A stretch of 64,000 nt of DNA from Gekko japonicus (taxonomy: Eukaryota): positions 141,996-205,995 of the forward strand of contig NW_015172043.1 of the NCBI RefSeq assembly GCF_001447785.1, written 5' to 3'. Positions within the stretch are counted from its first letter, which is position 1, and each line of letters starts with the position of its first letter. Below, piece after piece: positions 49,301 through 63,181 of the stretch. A program made the translations under genes and the position numbers. The notes below the pieces were generated by a model. The model saw only the letters and a list, made by a program, of their open reading frames with translations. It did no database searches and was not told the origin of the DNA.

Positions 49301-52300
49301 GTGTGTTTCAGTTACCGTTTTGAATTTTTATGATACTTCAGTGTTTTGATACAATCATTGCATTTTAATGCTTGTATTAAGTCGTCTATTGTAAAATTTA
49401 AAATAAGCAGTTTTACAGATTTGAAGGACTTGGCGTGAGACAGACACATGCTGGAAATGCATGCAGTATTAGGGATCAAGACCATGGCAGTGAACTGTTC
49501 TTTTTAAGCATCTCTCCACTGCAGGGGATATCCTGCAAGCGAAGTAGACTAGTTCTGCCAGCTCAGCACAAATGTCAGGATTAATTCTGTAGGACACATT
49601 CCACTTCTAATGGAGAACTAATTCTAGAGGGGTTGTCTGTTGTGTCAAAAATAAAACAAGAATCTTGTGGCATCTTGAAGATTAAAAATTATTCCAGCAT
49701 AAATTTTCACGGACAAGAACCAAGTTCTCCAGATGCAATGACTGGATCCTCATTATGAAGTTATTTTATGTAGGGGGCGTGTGTTTAAAATCAAGCATCA
49801 GGGTTAAGGGGCTATGAAATGTAGGAAAATACATTACATAATGCAATTACCTAAAATTCAAATCTAATTAAAAAACCCAAAATGAGTATTCACCAGCTAG
49901 GTTAGTTCACTAGTTAACACCTGCAACAGGTACAGAGTCCAAGGTTTTTCTAAGATCGTTTACACTAACAGTGACTATTGTATTCACTTCTGAGGTGGCC
50001 TTTGACCATAATAATTTATGTACTGATAAATACTGAGATAAAATCCCAAGTCAGGGGGAGGGGATAGTGTGAAACTTCTTAACGTCCCAATTCAGCAATG
50101 TCAAACTGGAGTCTCCCTTTGGAGTTCTTCTGTTGAAGTACTTTTGAGGCCAGTAATAGAGAGGCCTGGGAGACTGAAATATCCCTTCCCTTGGTTTCTA
50201 AATATTATGATTTTTAATGTCACACTTGTGTCATTTTATGCTTTTGCATAGGGACTGACCTATTTGTCTTCAGTAGAAGGGCGCTGTTGACAATATGATG
50301 GAATATATTCACACAAGAGGATGACCAGTGAATGGAGTACCAGATTATCCCTGAAGAAAGCATGCATCCCAAACTAATTTACATTTTAGGAATATCTTAT
50401 TTATTTACTTATTTAGGATATTTCTATGCCTCTTTTTCAGAGCCCTGCTTGAGGCAGCTTACAGTTAAAACCATGCCAACATACTAAAAACAAGCTATTG
50501 GACATAAACAGCATTAAAAACTACCCCAAAAGAGAAACTAACCATTTGAAAAACTGGTAAGAGAAGCCCCCTAATTAAAAGTCTGGGTAAAAAGATGCAT
50601 TTTTAGCCTGGCAACTGAATGAGAGTAAAGCAGGCACCAGGCGAGGCTTTGAGGGCAGGGCATTTCCAAGAGGAGGTGCCGCTACAGAAAATGCCCTGGC
50701 TTTAGTCCCCACCTACCTCAGCTCTGAAGGTGGGGGGGGGGGCACAAAGAGCAGGGCTTGAGAGGCAGGCTGGAGAGTACAGGAGAAGGCAGACCTTCAG
50801 GTACCCTGGCCCCAAGCCCTGTATGGCCTTAATGGTCAGAACAAGCACTCTGAACTGTGCTCAGAAGCAGAGGGGTAACCAGCGCAGATCATTCATCACA
50901 GGGGTACAGGAAACAGATCCATCCCGGCCTCCAGGCCTCGACAGTATGATACTCACAACAATGTCTTCCTCTGTGACTCGAGGGTGCAAATTATTCACAG
51001 TCATCTTGGTACCTTCTAATGGGCTGAAGGCCAGCTGCCAAGAAACAGACCAATGTGTCATATGCAGAATGGACAGAAAGTACGCAACAGGTGAAAACAG
51101 AAAACTTAAGACTCTAAGGAAGAGGGAAACTGATGAATGGTAAGGGCACGAATCAGCAAAGTTTTGTCTTCACAGAATTTCCACTGTTTTGCATGATTCC
51201 TGCTAACCTCTTATTCTCTTCTTTCACCAAACATGTGCCTTGCAAACATGAACAGGAAGCACTCTCTTGGCTCTCAAAACTCTTATCAGCTCAAATTACT
51301 GCTGAAGTGCACATTAAATGCTGCTCTTAGTTTAGGGAAAATTAAGTGCAGACTTGTTTGTTAGTAAGGAATCTGTATCTGCCATGAGGGGGGCATTTAT
51401 TTATTTATACTTTGGATTTATGAAATGACCAGTCCCCGAATGCACAGGGTTCTGGGCAATTTACATCAATAAAAATAATTAAACAACATAATTTCCAGTT
51501 AAAATACAATAAATATAACAATACAGGCTTAAAATCATTCCCCAAATGGCATTAATAGACAACCTTTAACCAGTTCTGGACCGGGTTTCCACCCCGCAAG
51601 CAGGGCAAGGAAGAAAAGGGGGGGGGGAGGTGCCAGCCATGTTGTTGCTTGTTGCTGCCCTCAACCAAAAGCCTGGAGGAACATCTCTGCCAGGCCCCGC
51701 AGAATTGCATTAGGCCCCACAGGGCCCTGAGGTTATTTGGCACAGAGTTCCACCAGGTGAGAGCCAGGGCTGAAAAAGCCCTGGCTCTGGTTGAGGACAG
51801 CTAGATGTCTTTAGGGCCAGGGATCACCAGTAGGTTGTTCTCAGCAGAGGAACCAGAGGAGGCGGTCCTGAAGATATGTAGGTCCCAGACTGCTCAAGGC
51901 CTTAACAGTCAATACCAAAACCTTGAACCTGACTCTGTACTCCCCTGGAAGACAGTGTAACTGGTGCAGCACAGGCTGAATATGTGCCATCCATTACGTT
52001 CCCATCAGGACTTGCACCGCCACATTCTGGATCAGTTGGAGTTTCCAGGTCAGTCTCAAGGGCAGGCCAGCACAGGATGAATTACAGTAGGCTAGCCTGG
52101 AGGTGATCGTTGCATGGATTACTGTAGTTAGGTCAGGGAGCAACAAGAAAGGGGCCAGTTGCCATGCTTGGCATAGATGGAAGAATGCCAGGTTGGCAAC
52201 ATTCGTGACCTACGCCTCCATAGATAAGGAGGTATCCAGGACCACATCCAAACTCCTGACAGTTTGTGTTGGTGTCAGTGGCACCCTGTCAAGGGTGGGA

Positions 52301-55300
52301 AGTCTGTGTCCCAATCCTGAGCCCCCTCCCCAGCCACAGAACCTCTGTCTTTGCTGGGTTCAGTTTCAGCCGGCTCTTTTTAAGCCATCCCACCATGGCC
52401 TTCAAGCCCATTGCCAAATTATGCGGGGTGGTGTCTGGGCGGCCATCCATTAATAGGTATCGCTTGGTGTCAGCAGACTGAAACTCCATACCAGATGGGC
52501 AAGGGGGTGCACATAGATGTTAAACAGCACTGGAGAGAGGGATTGCCCTGAGGCACCCAACATATTAAGGGGTGTCTAGCTGATATCCGGGCTGCGGTGG
52601 CACAGAGGTTAAGATGCTGAACTGCAGACTGGAAGGCCGGTGTTTGGTGATTTGAGACCCTCGTGCTGCGTGATGGAGTGAGCTCCCATCTCTGGCCCCA
52701 GCTCCTGCCAACCTAGCAGTTCGAAAGCAAGAAATTGCAAGTAGATAAATAGGTACCGCTTTGGTGGGAAGGTAACAGCGTTCCATGTGCCTTGGCGTCT
52801 AGTCATGCCAGCCACATGACCATGGAGATGTCTTTGGACAGCACTGGCTCTTCGGCTTGGAAATGAAGATGAGCACTGCCCCATAGAGTTGGATTCAACT
52901 GACTTTCGAGCAAGGGAAACCTTTACCTTTACTAGTTGACGTCCTCTCACCCAGAGCCACCCTCTGCCTCCAACCAAAGAGAAATGAGGAAAGCCATCTC
53001 AGCGATACCCCATGAACTCCCACGTTGGCAAGGCAGTGCACTATGAGACTCCAATCAACCATGCTGAATGCTGCCGTGAGATCGAGTAACAGCCGCAGCA
53101 CTGACCCGCCTAGATCCAGCTGTCTGCAGAGATCGTCTGTAAGGGTAACCAGCACTGTCTCCATCCCGTGGCGGAAACTGGACTGGAATGTGTCATCCAA
53201 GAAACTCTGGAGCTGCTTGACTACTGCTGCCTCAATTACCTTACACAAAAACTACACATTTGAAACTGGGCAGTAATTGGAAGGAGCGGTAGGATCCAAG
53301 GTTGGTTTTTTTGAGAGCGGTAACCACCTCAGCTTCTTTCAGACCCTCTGAATAGACCCCCGTCTCCAGGGACAGATTGATAATGTCCATCAGTGGGCCC
53401 CATATCCTCCCATCACCAGCTTTCACCAGCCATGAGGAGCACGGATCCAAGAGGCACGTGGCTGGTCTAACAGAACCCAGGGTCCCGTCTACATCAGCCT
53501 GGGAGAGTCAGCTGAAGTTATTAAATACTGAATCCAAAGGCAGCCAAGGGGCCAGTTCACATACTGTATCTGCATTGAGAGGTTGGTTGCGGCGTGGCAA
53601 CAAGACTGTCCGCTAAAAAGCTCACAAATGCCTCAAAGCTAATAGCTGAATTACTTATTTTGGATCCTTCACTCACCTCAATTGGTGCAGGCTCTTCAGG
53701 GGGCTCCTCCTTGGTCACCAAAGTTCGGGACATGTTTGTCAGGGCCTTCGTCCGAATGGGGGAAGGTGGAGCTGGAGGGGCTGTATAGGCATCATTCTGG
53801 ACCACTTTTGTGAGGGGAACAGTCTTTGACAGAGAGAACTTGCTGCCACTGAGCCCAGCCTACATAAATGGAGAACAAAACATCCCTGAATGTTTTAAGT
53901 GCCAGATCTAGATCCTCTTCCTCTAAGCAGCCAAAGGCAGGTGCATCATCTCCCATTCTAGAGAGACTGAAGCCCAGGAACAAAGTCAATGTGGTGAGAG
54001 AAGGACCTGCACCTGCTCAACCCCTAACCGCCAAACTTCACTTACACAGACAGAAATGCACTTTGGATAACTGTCTTTGGATAACAACCGTCTGCATCAG
54101 AAGTGCTTGCATTTCTAGAGCACTCTGAAAGGGGAAATATTTTACATTGTGTACACAGATATGACATCAATTATAACCATTTAATTTGACAGAATGGAAC
54201 AGATATCCCCCTCCTAGAAATGCCACAGAAGTAAAGCTCTTCCTGCAGAAACTCTCTGTCAACTTCAAGGATGACAAAATATTTTATTTACATCATTTAT
54301 ACCCCACCGTTTCCCACGTTGGGGACCCAAAGTAGCATACACAATTTTATCCTCCCAACAATCCTGTGAGGTAGGTTAGGCTGAGAGTGCATGACTGGCC
54401 CAAGGTCACCCAGCAAACTTCCATTGCAGAGTGATTTAAACCTGAGCCTCCTAGATCCTAGGCCAACTCTCTCTCCACTCCACCACAGTGGCTCTCAGTC
54501 CCATATGATTAAACAGAATTTGAAGAAGTCATCTTGCAACAGCCCCAACGGGGCAACCAAATTCAGAATTCGTGTACCAAAAAAGTATGTTTTGCAGACT
54601 CCAGTAATTTCAAAAAGTGGAATTACACAATCACCAAATTGGGGGGGGGGGGATTAAAGCAGCAATTATGAAGTTAAAAAAACCTACAGAAGACATTTGA
54701 AACACATTATACAAGAAACACATTTATCTAGGTAATTAGCATGAGGAAATTACTTTGCTCAAAGAATGCCTCAGCTAAAAGAGCCCAGAGAAAAAAAAAC
54801 TGCAGAACTATAAGAGCAGTTCTTTAATACATCAGATAGTTTGCTATGCTGGAGGTAAATGAATATCATTCACCTCTGTGACAAGTAAAAACTGCCCGTG
54901 ATCAAGCTAAACTGTTCTTCTCAAAGAGCTTACTGACTCTTAACAGAAGAAGAAAGCCCTGCAATGGGGTCCTGGCTGTTTCCAGATGCAGCCCTCACCC
55001 TTTCTGGGAGAAGAGCAGTGACCAGTCTCAAGTTGTTAGTGGGGCTGTCCTCATTTCCAGTAAAGGCAGAAAAGAGAAAGCCTCAAACTGCAGCTTTCTG
55101 GAAGGCTGAGCTGTAGAGGCACTGAAGATCCAGCACAACCCAATGCACATTTTCTAGGAAATAATCATTTTGCGTTGCATAGGACTTACTCCCTGGTAGG
55201 TGTGCATAAGATCACTACTTACAAAACACTGGGGGGGGGGGGGGGAAAAGGGGGGAAAAAACAGGGAGAAAAGGACAGCAGTGAGGGGGGATCTAAATGC

Positions 55301-58300
55301 AAGAATGGCTAGAATACAAGAAGGAAAGGGTAGGATTTTTTTTTTTTACTTTACATGCCAGCGAGACCCACTAATTCCTACCTAATGTGTATGATACAAA
55401 GCTGTTCATATTCTTTGTGAAAGAAAAATATTTCACATGGACCTGGGGCCATCTCTCAGTGCATACATAACAAGCATTTCCCATCACAAAACAAAAGAAG
55501 AAATATCTACACTGGCAGACTTCATGCATGCAAAAATTCAATGTTGCAGCCAATATATTTAGTATGGGAGGTTAATTTGGAAAACAAGAAAGGGTCTGCA
55601 CTGAGACTATTAACAAAGTATTTACAATGGTTTGAAGAAAGGGATAAAGTGTAGAGTATGCAGGGAGCATTAAAAAGACAGTTAGGACATGACCAACAAG
55701 GTTTTAAAAAATCTTTCAGAAGTTACACACCTAGATTTTGAAACTGCCAAAACAATACTAAGTGTTTCGATGGCTTGCATCACACAGGAAAGATTTTGAT
55801 AATATGCTGAAAATGTTATCTCTGTTTACTAGTCTGATCGCAAAGGAAAACAGAACACCAGAAAACATAATGCTCCGAAAGGAATCTGTTCTGGACTGGA
55901 CTGTGCCATTCTGACTGACCATTTCACAGTTTTAACAGATGGAGATACAAAAGTGGACAAGGGCAATGATGAGAAGGAAACAACTTCAGTACCGATGATA
56001 GAATTAGGTTGCAACCCACAGCCTATTTCTGTCAAGGTAATTCCATTAAGCTCAGTAGCACTGTTTCAGAGGAAGTCAACTGTAGTCTTCAAAAATAAAG
56101 GCTTTAGCTTAAAGAGAAGTAAGCAGCACATGAACTACTGAATCATAAACTGGGCAAATAAAGTAGCTAAGACAGACTTCCTCACCCATTTCTGTCCCTC
56201 TCCCCCCCCCCAAAAAAAGATGCCCCCGTGAAAAATCAAAGGGAAACATTATGTACCTGTGAAGCAGACCATAAGGTTTAGTGGTATACATGGTTAAGAA
56301 TCCATGACAATCCATGACTAAAGGTCAAAGTGAATTAACAGAGCAGGATATGTCATTTCATAACTCACCTGGAAAGCAGCCTGTACAAGGCTCTACTGGG
56401 AACAAGACATTATTCTACTGCTAATGCCGAATATGATGACCCAATACAGATTTTTTAAAACCTACAAGAAGGCGCTGCCCAGATAGAGGAGCTTTTTCTG
56501 CAAACCTGGAGAGATCCTCAGGTTTGCAGAAAAAACTTGTACTGACATCACTGCCAGTGTTCCCTCTAAACTGACTTAGTGTGAGCTAGCTCACAGATTT
56601 TCAGCCTCTGGCTCACACATTTTTGTCTTAGCTCAGGAAGGATGGCTCCAGAGCAAATTAATTTATGCAGCAGCCAAATCGCTCGCTCACAACTTTAGTG
56701 CCAGTAGCTCACAAAGTAGAATTTTTGCTCACAAGACTCCACAGCTTAGAGGGAGCATAGACACTGCTTAAGTGGGGGAAAAGGAGATCTCTCATCATAG
56801 TGTTGTGAGACTTGGCTATCATTTTACGGTGGCCTAACAACCCTGCTAAACGCTGCTGGCTTGGGGGGCAGCAGAAACAAATGGCCATGGAAAGGTTAGA
56901 GAAGACGGACAACAACTGCCAGGAAGGAAGGCCAGAGCAGAAATAGAAGGGCTGGAGGGACAGAGCACGAGGTAATAACAAGCAGGCTGGGAGGAAGCGG
57001 AGATGGGAATGGAAGGGTTGGGTGGAAGAAAGGCAGGGGGTGGGGGGCTGAGCAAGAGATGAGGAAGCGGGAGTAGTGGGAGGTGGAATCTATCAATTTT
57101 GGACTGCAAGTAAGAACCAGGAGGCCACAGATGACCAAAATCTTTAAGTTCTAAAATTATTTTCAAGCAATTCAGAAATAAGATGGTGCAGGTTCAATAC
57201 TGATCCTGGCCTGGCCTTGATTAGCAGAAGCCAGATTTTTGCTCGGCTTTCCCCACTTGCCTTTGCCTCCATTCTTGGCCACACTGATGCCTGCTGATCA
57301 GTAGCCTGAACAAGCATGCAGTACAACAGAATCTAGAAGCAGCAGGATAAAATGCCCAAGCAATAAGGAGGCAGGAAAGCAGCAATGAGGAGACAGGTAA
57401 AAGAGAAGGCTACATTTGCACTCCGCAACAGATGCATATGTCTACAAATTCAGAGGGACACTTGTTCAGAGGTAAATATGGAAATATAATTAAACCCAAT
57501 TGCGCAGCGCCACAACACATACATGGAAAGAAATACAAGGCCAAAAAGGCTGTAATAATTTGTTCATTCAGTGCATGTATACAGCATGTCAGCATTCATG
57601 CGCACATCAGGGGCTTAGGTGGGGATGGGGTGGTAAAAGAGTGAGCAACTGAGACAGAGCCTTACTGCATTATGAAGAAAGCTGTTTGTGGTAGTAATTT
57701 TCATCTGTTTGCTAGGAAGGGGGGATACCGCTTCATCTTCATCTTCCATGTCATACAGGCACTAAAAAAATAGCAAATAAATTATTTAAGTGAAAGCAGT
57801 TTACTTGAGATTTCTGTTTTTCTAAAATGTGAGGTAGAGAAGGGCACTTGGCTTTCATGAGGTAAGCTGTTAAATAACTATATCATCTGGGTCCGTGATG
57901 TCCCTTCAGAATGGTCACACACACATCCATTCCAGTGCTGTGGCATATACAGTCCTACTAGCTTCCAGGGATTTTTCTAACTTAAGCAATGAAAACATGC
58001 ATGTATCTTCTCTGAAGCAACATTTGCAACCTCTAAAGGCACAGGGCTTCCTATCTGTGCCCAATGAACAGTTTCAAAACAGCTCAGTCAGCTTACATCA
58101 AGTATCTCTCAGAAGTCCATTATGGCTAAAACTGCTCACTGATCTCAACATCAGTTTCTCCTGGATTTGTCTCAGCACTCAGCCAGCTAGTGCTGGTCTA
58201 ACCAGCCTCTCTGTCAAATGAAAGCAGGGAAGTCAACTGCAGCTAGAGGAAATATGACAGCCTGCCCACTTGGGTCCTCTGTAACTTCAGAAAAAGATCA

Positions 58301-61300
58301 GCCAATGACACCGAGAGAGGCAGGGCAGAGAGGATACTGCAAGTGTGAAAAACACTAGCAGCAGAGTACAGAACTAGGGAGGAAGGTTCCAAAAGTATTC
58401 ACTACCATGACAACGATTTGTCATTGTGAGATATGATCCTTAGTGACCTGTCTGAATGAACTGAATACAGACAATATCTGAGCCCATGTCCTATAAATAT
58501 ATAACTTACACAAAGCAAGCAAAGGTTCAAATCATTTGCCCATCTTATAAAACAAATGTAGTTTCTGTTCAAAACCTTCCTGGTGTTCTACAGTAACTGA
58601 GTATTTCTCACCCTGGTAATGAATGACACGCACCTGTTTGTGTGTGTGATTGTTCACAACATTGATCTTCATACCTGCAGGGTGAGAGTGTGATGAAGCT
58701 GCAGCCTTCTGCTGTAGTGGGGGGGAAAGTTACATAATTAACAACAGAGCACATTTTGCCTGACCTCAGTTTATGGAAGAATATAAGACTCCTCCAGTCT
58801 GCAGTTTATGACTATAAGCAGCACTGGACCACTCTGTACCAGATTGTTTCATCCTTAAGAGGTAAAGTGTAACCTTGCCATCCCTCCCTTCCATGCCACA
58901 TTTGACTGACATGAGGGGTAGACATTGACATTAAAAGATACAAAAAAGTATGGAAAAACAATATTACAATAACACTATACTGGCCTTTCTATTCTGTGTA
59001 GAAAGGGACTGTATATCATGTAATAAAAACCAATTATATAATGCTGGTACAACTTCTTACATATACTCAAGAATATTACAAGCAAATTTATTCTGTATTT
59101 CCCCCCAGTAATATTCAAACACACTGTACAAGTATTCCATGCTAAAAAAAAGCAAGTCGATAGAATCAACATTAAAATAACCCCCATATTTAACTTTGGG
59201 ATAATAAATGCAAGTATGATCACAAGAGAGAAACAATTTAAATTCTGGAGAAAGTACCAACACCAATTTCAATATGCAGAAAATCCATGTGGCAAGAAGA
59301 ACTGGGATATCTATGCTTGAAACCTCAGATTTTGGAATAAAGCAAAAATCCAGAACTCACATGCATGAATTTATCACTCTTAAAATTAAACTACATTACT
59401 GCTTTCCTCAATCTGTTCCCTTTGAAAGACATGGAGCTCTCTAGCAGCTGACAACCATAACCTACTTGAATGGTTTTTGTGAGCTTCATGGCAGGGGCCA
59501 CTGTTTCCATGGCAGTGTTTAGAATGGCTGCAGCAGGCACACTCCTTTTCAAGCTGATCTTCTCCCTGGCATCAACAACCTTGGTCACCTTATCACTACC
59601 TTGCTGCTTTCGAGAATTGAGCATCTCTCGGGCATCCTGTACTTTCCCTTTGATTTTGAATCTGGCATCTTTTTGAAGCAGTTTCTCCCGGGCATCTTTC
59701 ACACCAATTTTCTGTCGGGCATCAGTAACGCCAATCTTTTGACGTGCATCAAATGTCTGCTGGAAACCAATACTTGATGCTGGCCTGCCAAGAAAAGTTT
59801 GTTGGATTCCAATTCGGGATCTGATACCACCAAATACTGGCCTGGTGTTCAACCTGGAATAGAAACGTCAAACGTTATGTGAGATGCAGCATTTCGACAC
59901 AACAAAATAAAATACGACAGCCAACTCCAAACCACTCAAGGAAGAGACTGTGGAGATTTTATCATCTGAAGTGGAACTGAACAGCATTAATATACATGCA
60001 ATGGAAAGGACAGAGCTGATCAGAGAAGAAGCTAAGTCCTGTAAAGTAGCCGCCAAACGCATACAATTGTACTTTCCTTTTAGCTCCTTACATAAAATCA
60101 CATGCATGTTTTACTCTGGCACAGAGCAGGGGAAGGAACTGTTTGCCCTTCCTCACTCCCCAAATTTGGAATCCAGATTCCTGTTCCAGACCTGTACTAA
60201 TGGAGACAAGACCAGTGAAGTATTACATTAAACTTATGGAAAATGACAAATAAAATGAGATTACTGGGCAGCTGGAAGATCTAAACACAATCCAGCCAGC
60301 TTAACTAAGAAGTCCACAGAGTTACTTTTCATAGACTGGAAAGAAGGTGCATTAAAATTACCTTTCAACCATGTTTCAATTAACATCTTGGCCAAATCCT
60401 CTTATTTAGTCATTTCACTCAAATGGCTGGACCCTGGCAAAAAGCAGATCTAAAAATATGGTAGGTACCTGGTGATTTAGGAGAGTAAAAATTTGATGCT
60501 CAATTCTTGAAAGCATTTAGGAATTAAGGATATTTGTTTAGCCCTGTGCAGAGCTAGTACCTCAAAATCTGATGTTGGTGCCTGCCACAAGACATGATAA
60601 GTGTCCCTATGGTCATCACAGTAGATGAACATAAGGTGACATTTACCTTGGTGCTTCGCCACAAAGGTACACAGCTCTGAGACATTAAGCAACCTGAAGA
60701 CAAAACCCCTTCACTGCAAACAGTTCTCTACTGTCAAATGATTAGCAGCAAAATCAGCAAAAAGTGTCATTGGTAAGACTGTCTGGCAGTGCACTCTTAG
60801 AATGCTTGCCTAGGAATGTTATAAAATCTTCTTTTATTGTGCCTCACAAGGAGACGGCTGGACAGGCCCTTTGCTCTTAGGAAGGGAGCCAGACTACATA
60901 TACTGGTGAGATTCCCCCCCCCCCATCCCAATACCACTATCCAAATATGATATATTATAGGTTTCCCCCCCTTCAGTGTCATTGGGCTAAATAACTGTAG
61001 CTGTGATAGCAATATACATCAATAGTTAATTACAGGTTACACCCAGGCCTTAGGACACATGGAATTATTCAACAGCCAGCCTGGTGGCATCCCAAGGAAT
61101 TATACTATACAACAGAAAACTTAAGGACAGATATGAGTAGAAAGTTCTTGTAGGTGTTCAGGGTAAATATCCATGGGAAGGCAGGGTCATACATAAACTA
61201 GGCCCTATGCAGAGTACTTACAATCTATACTAGATAGGTAACAGTAGTGCAGGGAGGGAATAAATGAAAATAAATACATAAACTGACAACAGAAAGATGG

Positions 61301-62992
61301 ATGAAATCAAGCCATTTATTGCATCCACTCTGTCTGTCAAGCCAAATTTTAGATTACAAGCTCCTCTTAATAGGGGTCTGTCTTCTTGATTTCTGTAAAA
61401 TACAGTTGATGACACAATGGGTGCATTCAGACGCGCCGTTTGATCTGGTGTCATGACAGTTCAGCAATGGATTTTATATGCATGATCACACAGTCAACAT
61501 CTGCCTCCCATCCCCAGCCATTGGTTTCCGGCTCAAAACCCCTTTAACCTGGAGTATTTTGTTACCAGATCCCAAAGTGGTGTTTTCTCAGCTCTCCCCC
61601 CTGTGTGATCGCTCCTCCGGTGTCAAGCCACTTCCGGTTTAAACCCCGCTCGAAAGCTGCCCAAGGCTTCTGCTTTTCGACCGCCATTTTTTAAATGCGT
61701 TGGCGGTGTAAGCATAGGCAGAGCTCCGTTACTGTGTTTAGAAAACCAACATTGAAACGGTCACTTGTTTTAGAGTTTAGATGAGTTTGGGATCTCACAG
61801 AGGCCATTTTCCGGTCAAACGTTTAAAGGGAAGTCTTTTGTTGGAGGGGTTGGATTGATTCACCCTGGCGGTTCTGTGCATGTGCCATGGTAGTTTAGCC
61901 CCCCATTCTATGGATGAGCGCCTATGCGCATGTGGAAACTGAATTAAAAAAAAAAAACGCCAACACACGCTCCTGCACGCCGGTAGCATAGATGCCGTGG
62001 AGCGACGTGACTGCGTGGTGAGGCGGGATAAGGGAGGTAAGTGTGATCATGATTATCCAGATAAAATATAATCTGGTTAGAAGTGGAGCAGTTTAACCCA
62101 CTCTCAGCACGCCGTCTGACTGCACCCCAAAACATTCCCTAACATTTCCCTGCATGTTGTTCAGCTAACACAGATGATAAGAACTCAGAGTAGGAACTAT
62201 ATCATGTCTGAGCGGTTTTTTGTTCCCAGCATGCAGGTGTCCCTTAAGCAACAAAGAGCAATCTGACAAACTGGGGAGAGCACTTTAAGCTGAATGAGTG
62301 CCTGACAATAATAGACAGGGACTCTGCAAGATGGAGATACCAACATTAGGAGAGAGAGAGAATAAAGTTTCCTCTGGGAAAATGAAATAGTGTGGGCTAA
62401 TTTTTCAAGGACCCAGAAAGGGGACAGGCAGGGGTAGCTCCACTACCCCAGCAGGCTCCGTAAGTACGCAACGTTAAAGCACTGCCAACGACGGAAGGCT
62501 CAAGATCGGCACCACCGCAGCATCCCTTGAGACACTGCGAGAGCCGCACTTCTGGGACTGTACAACTGCCCACTATTTTGGGGAAGGGCGAGAATCAGAT
62601 TTAGGGAAGGATCGAGAAAGGGTCACAATCTTACTACAGACAAATTCACTGTCAAACCCCCCCCCCCCCCCCATTCAACTATCACATCTCAGGCTCCAGG
62701 CGCGCACAAGACGAGCTCGAAGACCCCACAGAGCCAAATGCTCCACCGAGTTTAGAAGTGACAAAAGACGTAACCAGTCAAGGAACAGCGTGCAGCCACC
62801 GGGGGGGCGGGGGGGCTGCCCCTCACAGAACTCGGACCGGCGCTGCAAGCAAGAAAGGGGCTGAGAGGGTCGCTAACTGGGCCCCTCCCGCGAGCTCTGC
62901 CAGTCGCTCCTCTTTTCCTCGGCTCACCTCCCCTTCATGTTTACATTCACGCCGCGCTTCCTGATCAGCTCGTCCAGAGACAAGTCCGCCAT
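43218..62992 (-). CDS. POLDIP3: Polymerase delta-interacting protein 3 (SKAR/PDIP46), spliced gene, 9 exons, 419 aa
   Basis: Exons 62992-62928, 59853-59466, 58711-58634, 57761-57666, 53859-53677, 51034-50957, 47698-47569, 44743-44677, 43392-43218. 1260 nt, all GT-AG. MADLSLDELI start, DAR repeats, RRM, C-terminus PTEFKIKL*. Confidence 0.96.
43490..44250 (+). mobile_element. L2-clade LINE 3' fragment
   Basis: IQNAAARVLTG, LHWL, LTFKALNG; TAAA tail. Confidence 0.85.
44677..44743 (-). CDS. POLDIP3: POLDIP3 exon 8
   Basis: GQPMKCNLHMNGNIITSDQPIL. Confidence 0.95.
46204..47299. mobile_element. hAT-type element with an internal degenerate tandem array (about 46550-47090)
   Basis: TAGGGCTGTG start; perfect 8-bp TSD TTCCAGCA; repeated gaagggcaggcag...gcatgttt units. 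Confidence 0.75.
47569..47698 (-). CDS. POLDIP3: POLDIP3 exon 7 (RRM)
   Basis: ELFCVCGALKRARLVHPG...YNNRCLD. Confidence 0.96.
48085..48365 (-). mobile_element. tRNA-headed SINE
   Basis: Reverse complement of the 23145-23690 family. Confidence 0.7.
48456..49185 (+). mobile_element. Complete solo LTR (730 bp)
   Basis: TGTAGTAGAGAT...ATGTCTACAACA ends, 4-bp TSD ACAC, CCAAT box, AATAAA at 49120-25. Confidence 0.85.
49650..50340 (-). mobile_element. Decayed Penelope-like element
   Basis: tgtggcatctt..agattaa terminal motif; broken GIY-YIG-like YSI.CQQ.P...GQ. Confidence 0.5.
50395..50935 (-). mobile_element. L2-like LINE 3' fragment
   Basis: LRWLP motif; TAAA tail. Confidence 0.55.
50957..51034 (-). 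CDS. POLDIP3: POLDIP3 exon 6
   Basis: LAFSPLEGTKMTVNNLHPRVTEEDIV. Confidence 0.95.
51395..53645 (-). mobile_element. L2-clade LINE RT fragment
   Basis: FQSSFR.GMET, LLDLTAAF, RLKLNPAKTE. Confidence 0.85.
52589..52932 (+). mobile_element. Sauria SINE nested in the L2
   Basis: Reverse-complement match to 30455-30805; ACCTTTACCTTT tail. Confidence 0.85.
53677..53859 (-). CDS. POLDIP3: POLDIP3 exon 5
   Basis: AGLSG...VVQNDAYTAP...EPAPIE. Confidence 0.94.
56555..56760. mobile_element. hAT MITE (same family as 21974-22178)
   Basis: Closely similar 205-bp sequence with the same TIRs. Confidence 0.85.
57666..57761 (-). CDS. POLDIP3: POLDIP3 exon 4
   Basis: CLYDMEDEDE...KQMK...FLHNA. Confidence 0.92.
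58634..58711 (-). CDS. POLDIP3: POLDIP3 exon 3 (cassette exon)
   Basis: QKAAASSHSHPAGMKINVVNNHTHKQ, 78 nt, phase 0/0. Confidence 0.9.
59466..59853 (-). CDS. POLDIP3: POLDIP3 exon 2 (DAR repeats)
   Basis: DARQKIGVTDARQKIGVKDAREKL...KLTKTIQ. Confidence 0.96.
61419..62127. mobile_element. Non-autonomous DNA transposon (PIF/Harbinger-like)
   Basis: TIR GGGTGCATTCAGACG / CGTCTGACTGCACCC; TSD unclear. Confidence 0.55.
62928..62992 (-). CDS. POLDIP3: POLDIP3 exon 1
   Basis: MADLSLDELIRKRGVNVNMKG; GTGAG donor. Confidence 0.94.
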
Positions 62993-63181
62993 ATCGTCGC
63001 TAGGCCTGGAGACAAGTCGCTGCGACCAAAGGCCGGACATGAGATTTAACTACTTCCGGTCTCAATCTACCTTCACAAACGGCGGCGGGGGGGGGGAGAG
63101 GGTGAAAGTCTCGCGATTTTGTCCAGCAAGCTTCGCGGGCGCGAGAAGAGAGAGGAGACAGCGAGCGCCGCAGTAGCTAAA

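Noticed and set aside
54265-54278. CAAGGATGACA, U6-like, with a similar string at 45726
   Set aside because: Only 11 nt; compatible with chance
4345-62992. U12-type introns in the genes neighbouring RNU12
   Set aside because: All reconstructed donors are U2-type; none has RTATCCTT
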